From Guillardia theta CCMP2712 (taxonomy: Eukaryota; Protista; Cryptophyta): a stretch of DNA of 64,000 nucleotides. Each line of letters begins with the position of its first letter. Position 1 is the first letter of the stretch. The stretch lies in NCBI RefSeq assembly GCF_000315625.1, contig NW_005434625.1, positions 327,726 through 391,725 on the forward strand. Direction: 5' to 3'. A program made the translations under genes and the position numbers. This document shows, piece after piece, positions 60,955 through 64,000 of the stretch. The notes beneath the pieces are model-generated. The model was not told where the DNA came from and searched no databases. It saw only the letters and a program-made list of their open reading frames with translations.

Positions 60955-61233
60955 TCATCGTACTCGGACCCCCCTCTCCCGTGCCTCCTTCAAGCTCTCA
61001 AGGCACTCCCGTCCCTCGCTGTACACCCAGCCCCTCCTGCTCTCCCCCTCGCCCCTCCTCGTCGCCTCCACGTACGCTTCCTGCGCGGCAGTGAGGCGGA
61101 GGGCTGGCTTCGAGTTGCGGCGAGCCGGGGCACGGGTGAAGGTGACGTCGATCATCTCCACGAAGACCGCCGGGGCATGGCGCTTGGCTGGGGCGTCGAC
61201 GAGGATCTCAGGTCGGCTTGCTGACTCGTGCAT
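60955..61233 (-). CDS. Small 92-aa hypothetical protein (left arm of the inverted duplication)
   Basis: ATG in a GCCATG context, TATATAAA ~55-60 nt upstream, and an AT-richer tail after the stop. No family recognised. Confidence 0.45.
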   Translation of the reverse strand: MHESASRPEILVDAPAKRHAPAVFVEMIDVTFTRAPARRNSKPALRLTAAQEAYVEATRRGEGESRRGWVYSEGRECLESLKEARERGVRVR

Positions 61234-62049
61234 GGCTGGTGGGATAGCGAAAGAATGTGATGGCTTGGCGGCGGGAGGGCTGGGGCTTTATATACCCGGG
61301 CGGGGAGGGAAGAAGTTGCTTGTCAGCGAGGATACGAGGAGATGCGGAAACGAGGCGAGTGGTTGACACCTCCCGAAGAAGGTAAGCCTGAGATTCGAAG
61401 CGAGTCGGAGATGCTCTCCGGCTCGTGATCATCGACCGGTCGAAGAAGGTCGAACAGCCCTGCAGCCCTCGAAAGAGTCTCGGAGGCCACTCCGACGGGC
61501 GATCCGGAGACCATCGCTGAGGCGAGGATGACAGTTAATACGGAGTTATCCCCTCTGCCTGTGGTAAGGATCACGCGGCATAGACCATCCAGCAAGATCG
61601 AAGAGCTCGAGGAGTCCTGTAAAATAGTATTTTAGCTCAAAACCTCCTTGCTGACAGTGTCGGTCATGAAGATCGATCTGCAGATTGGGTACGTCGCCCT
61701 TCGTATCTTCCAGATGACAGGGACGATGGTCTATGCCGCGTGATCCTTACCACTATGACGGTGACAAGCTGTCATCAGCCGTCAGCACATGCGGCCTCCG
61801 AGACCACCCGAAAGAAGGAAGAGCTTTCTTCGACCTTCTTCGACCGGTCGATGATCACGAGCCGGAGAGCATCTCCGACTCGCTTCGAATCTCAGGCTTA
61901 CCTTCTTCGGGAGGTGTCAACCACTCGCCTCGTTTCCGCATCTCCTCGTATCCTCGCTGACAAGCAACTTCTTCCCTCCCCGCCCGGGTATATAAAGCCC
62001 CAGCCCTTCCGCCGCCAAGCCATCACATTCTTTCGCTATCCCACCAGCC

Positions 62050-62317
62050 ATGCACGAGTCAGCAAGCCGACCTGAGATCCTCGTCCAAGCGCCATGCCCC
62101 GGCGGTCTTCGTGGAGATGATCGACGTCACCTTCACCCGTGCCCCGGCTCGCCGCAACTCGAAGCCAGCCCTCCGCCTCACTGCCGTGCAGGAAGCGTAC
62201 GTGGAGGCGACGAGGAGGGGCGAGGGGGAGAGCAGGAGGGGCTGGGTGTACAGCGAGGGACGGGAGTGCCTTGAGAGCTTGAAGGAGGCACGGGAGAGGG
62301 GGGTCCGAGTACGATGA
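62050..62317 (+). pseudogene. Frameshifted copy of the 92-aa ORF (right arm)
   Basis: Same TATA (61989-96) and ATG, but the 11 nt CTGGGGCGTCG present in the left arm are missing, shifting the frame after MHESASRPEILV. Confidence 0.45.
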
Positions 62318-63417
62318 TGAAGGACCGGGGAGATGTACGATATTGATGTAGATACGAACTGTACGATAATAAACGAATGTTGTCTTTTCAAAGCGCTTGT
62401 TTGGTGGGAGTCTGCATTGAGGGCAAGAGTATGCCACGTGACGGCAAAGGCTTGATTGACTTTCGATGGAGCAAGAGTCATGCTGGAGAAGAGGAGGCGA
62501 CGTCTATTTTTGTCCTCGCATCAAAACGATCGTACGTTGCAACATCACGGCTTGAGGATGTTCTGCATTGCACGATGACATATGATAGTGTCAAGGAGCA
62601 AGAAACGTTCTTGGCTCATCCTTTGACTGCTATTATACCATGTTTTGGAGATGTGCAGAATGAGAGCCATGTTCTCGTTTCAGTATGAGCTGCAAGAAAG
62701 CTTCAGTACCAAAACATAATCAAGTTCACAAAGGAGAATGATGATCATTAGAGAATCGTTTCAAATCCAGGAATGAAGGTTTCTTGCGGTTTGTTTTTAC
62801 TTGATCATGCAGAAACATAAAAACTGACACAACAGTTTCAGCGAAGGGAAAAATGCCATAAGAATGATAGCAAAACGGAGTGGGAGAGAGCCCCAATATT
62901 CATTCCCGCTCGGATCGAATGAAGGCTTACCGAATGCGATGACAGAAACATGACAGTCTTTCTAACCTCGGTCAGCATCGCTCACGTCATAGACTAGTAG
63001 GATCTGAATGCAAGCTCGAGTAAGGGAGGCCACGTCAGTATTGATGGGAGTCTGAAAACTTTTTACACCTTGATTGTTGTTTCTGCTATTCTGTTTGGCC
63101 CCTTGTTCATGCAGTCAAAACTGGTGTTCTTCCATTTCTCTCTAATGTCCCTCGACTGTTAATTCCACTCAAGTAATGAAACATTGCTTTCAACAAGATT
63201 ATGTCAAGGACAGTCTGCCTTGTAGACCGAATATCCGTTGCCTTCATGTAGACAACTGGACTCTGTTCAAAAGAATGTATTGCGCATCGGAAAAAATAAT
63301 CACTAGAGAAAACAATATGCTATGTGCCCCACCCTCCGCTGATAGCGGGTAGCAACATCTTCCTGCTCTGTCCTCCGCAGGCCCGTACCGTCGCATTGAA
63401 ACGTGTCCTGAGGTTTC

Positions 63418-64000
63418 TCAGACAAGGGTGCCCTCTTCCTGCCCCTCTGCTGGAGCAGACGGCTCCTCTTCCTCTCCTCTGCTGTTCCTAGAGCCCCTAG
63501 AGCTTGAGCTGCTCCTTATCACAGAGAAGTTCTCCTGCCTGCTTGTGTTGGGCTGGGAAGGAAGAAACGTCCATCCTCGCGGAGTGTAGTGAACCCCAGA
63601 GATCGGCCTGCCGATCTGCTGCTGCGAGAGCAGGTTGTGCAGCTCCTCTCCCCGAGGCATCATGGTGCGGTGGTCGCGGTCCATGGCGTACAGGAGGAAC
63701 ATGGCGTCCATGGCGTCGAGCAGCACCGAGGCGAAGAAGTTGAGCACCAGCGACGAGATACAGAAGGAGGTAACGAACACGAACCTCGCAACGATGAGAT
63801 GCACTATCCTCAGCTGCCCCCGCTGCAGCACCGCCCACTCGACATAGGCGTTGGACAGCAGCCACCCTGTCAGAGCTGCGCAGAGCGCCACCACGAGAGC
63901 GCCGGTCCTCAGGATAACGGCCGGAGACACGTCTGCTACCAGGGCAGCGAGGTGATTGCGGTGTAGGAGAAGACTGGTGACCTTGGCAGAGTGGCAGAAA
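63418..64000 (-). CDS. Choline transporter-like (CTL/SLC44/PNS1) protein, C-terminal part; 5' end outside window
   Basis: TM helices ending in FFASVLLDAMDAMFLLYAMD, which resembles the family's C-terminal F......VDT.FLC.A.D pattern. Confidence 0.65.
   Translation of the reverse strand, partial: FCHSAKVTSLLLHRNHLAALVADVSPAVILRTGALVVALCAALTGWLLSNAYVEWAVLQRGQLRIVHLIVARFVFVTSFCISSLVLNFFASVLLDAMDAMFLLYAMDRDHRTMMPRGEELHNLLSQQQIGRPISGVHYTPRGWTFLPSQPNTSRQENFSVIRSSSSSRGSRNSRGEEEEPSAPAEGQEEGTLV

Larger units (their letters stand above)
60845..62427. repeat. Large inverted duplication (arms ~60845-61454 and ~61829-62427) with a partly palindromic spacer
   Basis: The arms are near-identical reverse complements, and matching ORF translations appear on both strands. 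An inner perfect 29-bp IR lies at 61561-61589/61725-61753. Confidence 0.95.

Noticed and set aside
60845-62427. Autonomous DNA transposon with long TIRs
   Set aside because: The spacer is only ~375 bp with no transposase, and no target-site duplication is evident.

Overview
Eukaryotic nuclear DNA with two assembly gaps. It has many short (~40-60 nt) GT-AG introns with a CTGAC branch point, and CT/GA microsatellite-filled introns. Gene style and content suggest a cryptophyte alga such as Guillardia theta (inference). Recognisable genes in order: a secreted RCC1-repeat/Cys-rich protein (partial), a PDZ plus coiled-coil protein, selenoprotein O with an in-frame UGA and a SECIS element, a small C2HC zinc-finger protein, an ERD2/KDEL-receptor-family protein, a double ubiquitin-like plus double Ig-like protein with an intronic 21-bp minisatellite, tRNA-Met, an intronless NACHT-pentapeptide-WD40 (NLR-like) protein with a predicted His/Asp/Cys peptidase N-terminus, an Fn3-like/IQ/WW protein, an Sfi1-like/SAM coiled-coil gene, a PAS-GAF-PHY-PAS-PAS-HK-REC phytochrome, NudE, a membrane protein, an L/F-tRNA-protein-transferase homolog, a probably plastid-targeted EEP nuclease/phosphatase with an EF-hand-like insert, a PHT1/Pho84-type phosphate transporter, a ~1.6-kb inverted duplication carrying a small gene and its frameshifted copy, and a partial choline-transporter-like gene. 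The most notable items are the protease-tipped NLR-like gene beside tRNA-Met, the hidden Sec/SECIS in a signal-peptide-bearing SelO, the D-to-I change in the PHT1 signature, and the palindromic locus. All domain calls are by eye, and exon boundaries in multi-exon genes are approximate.
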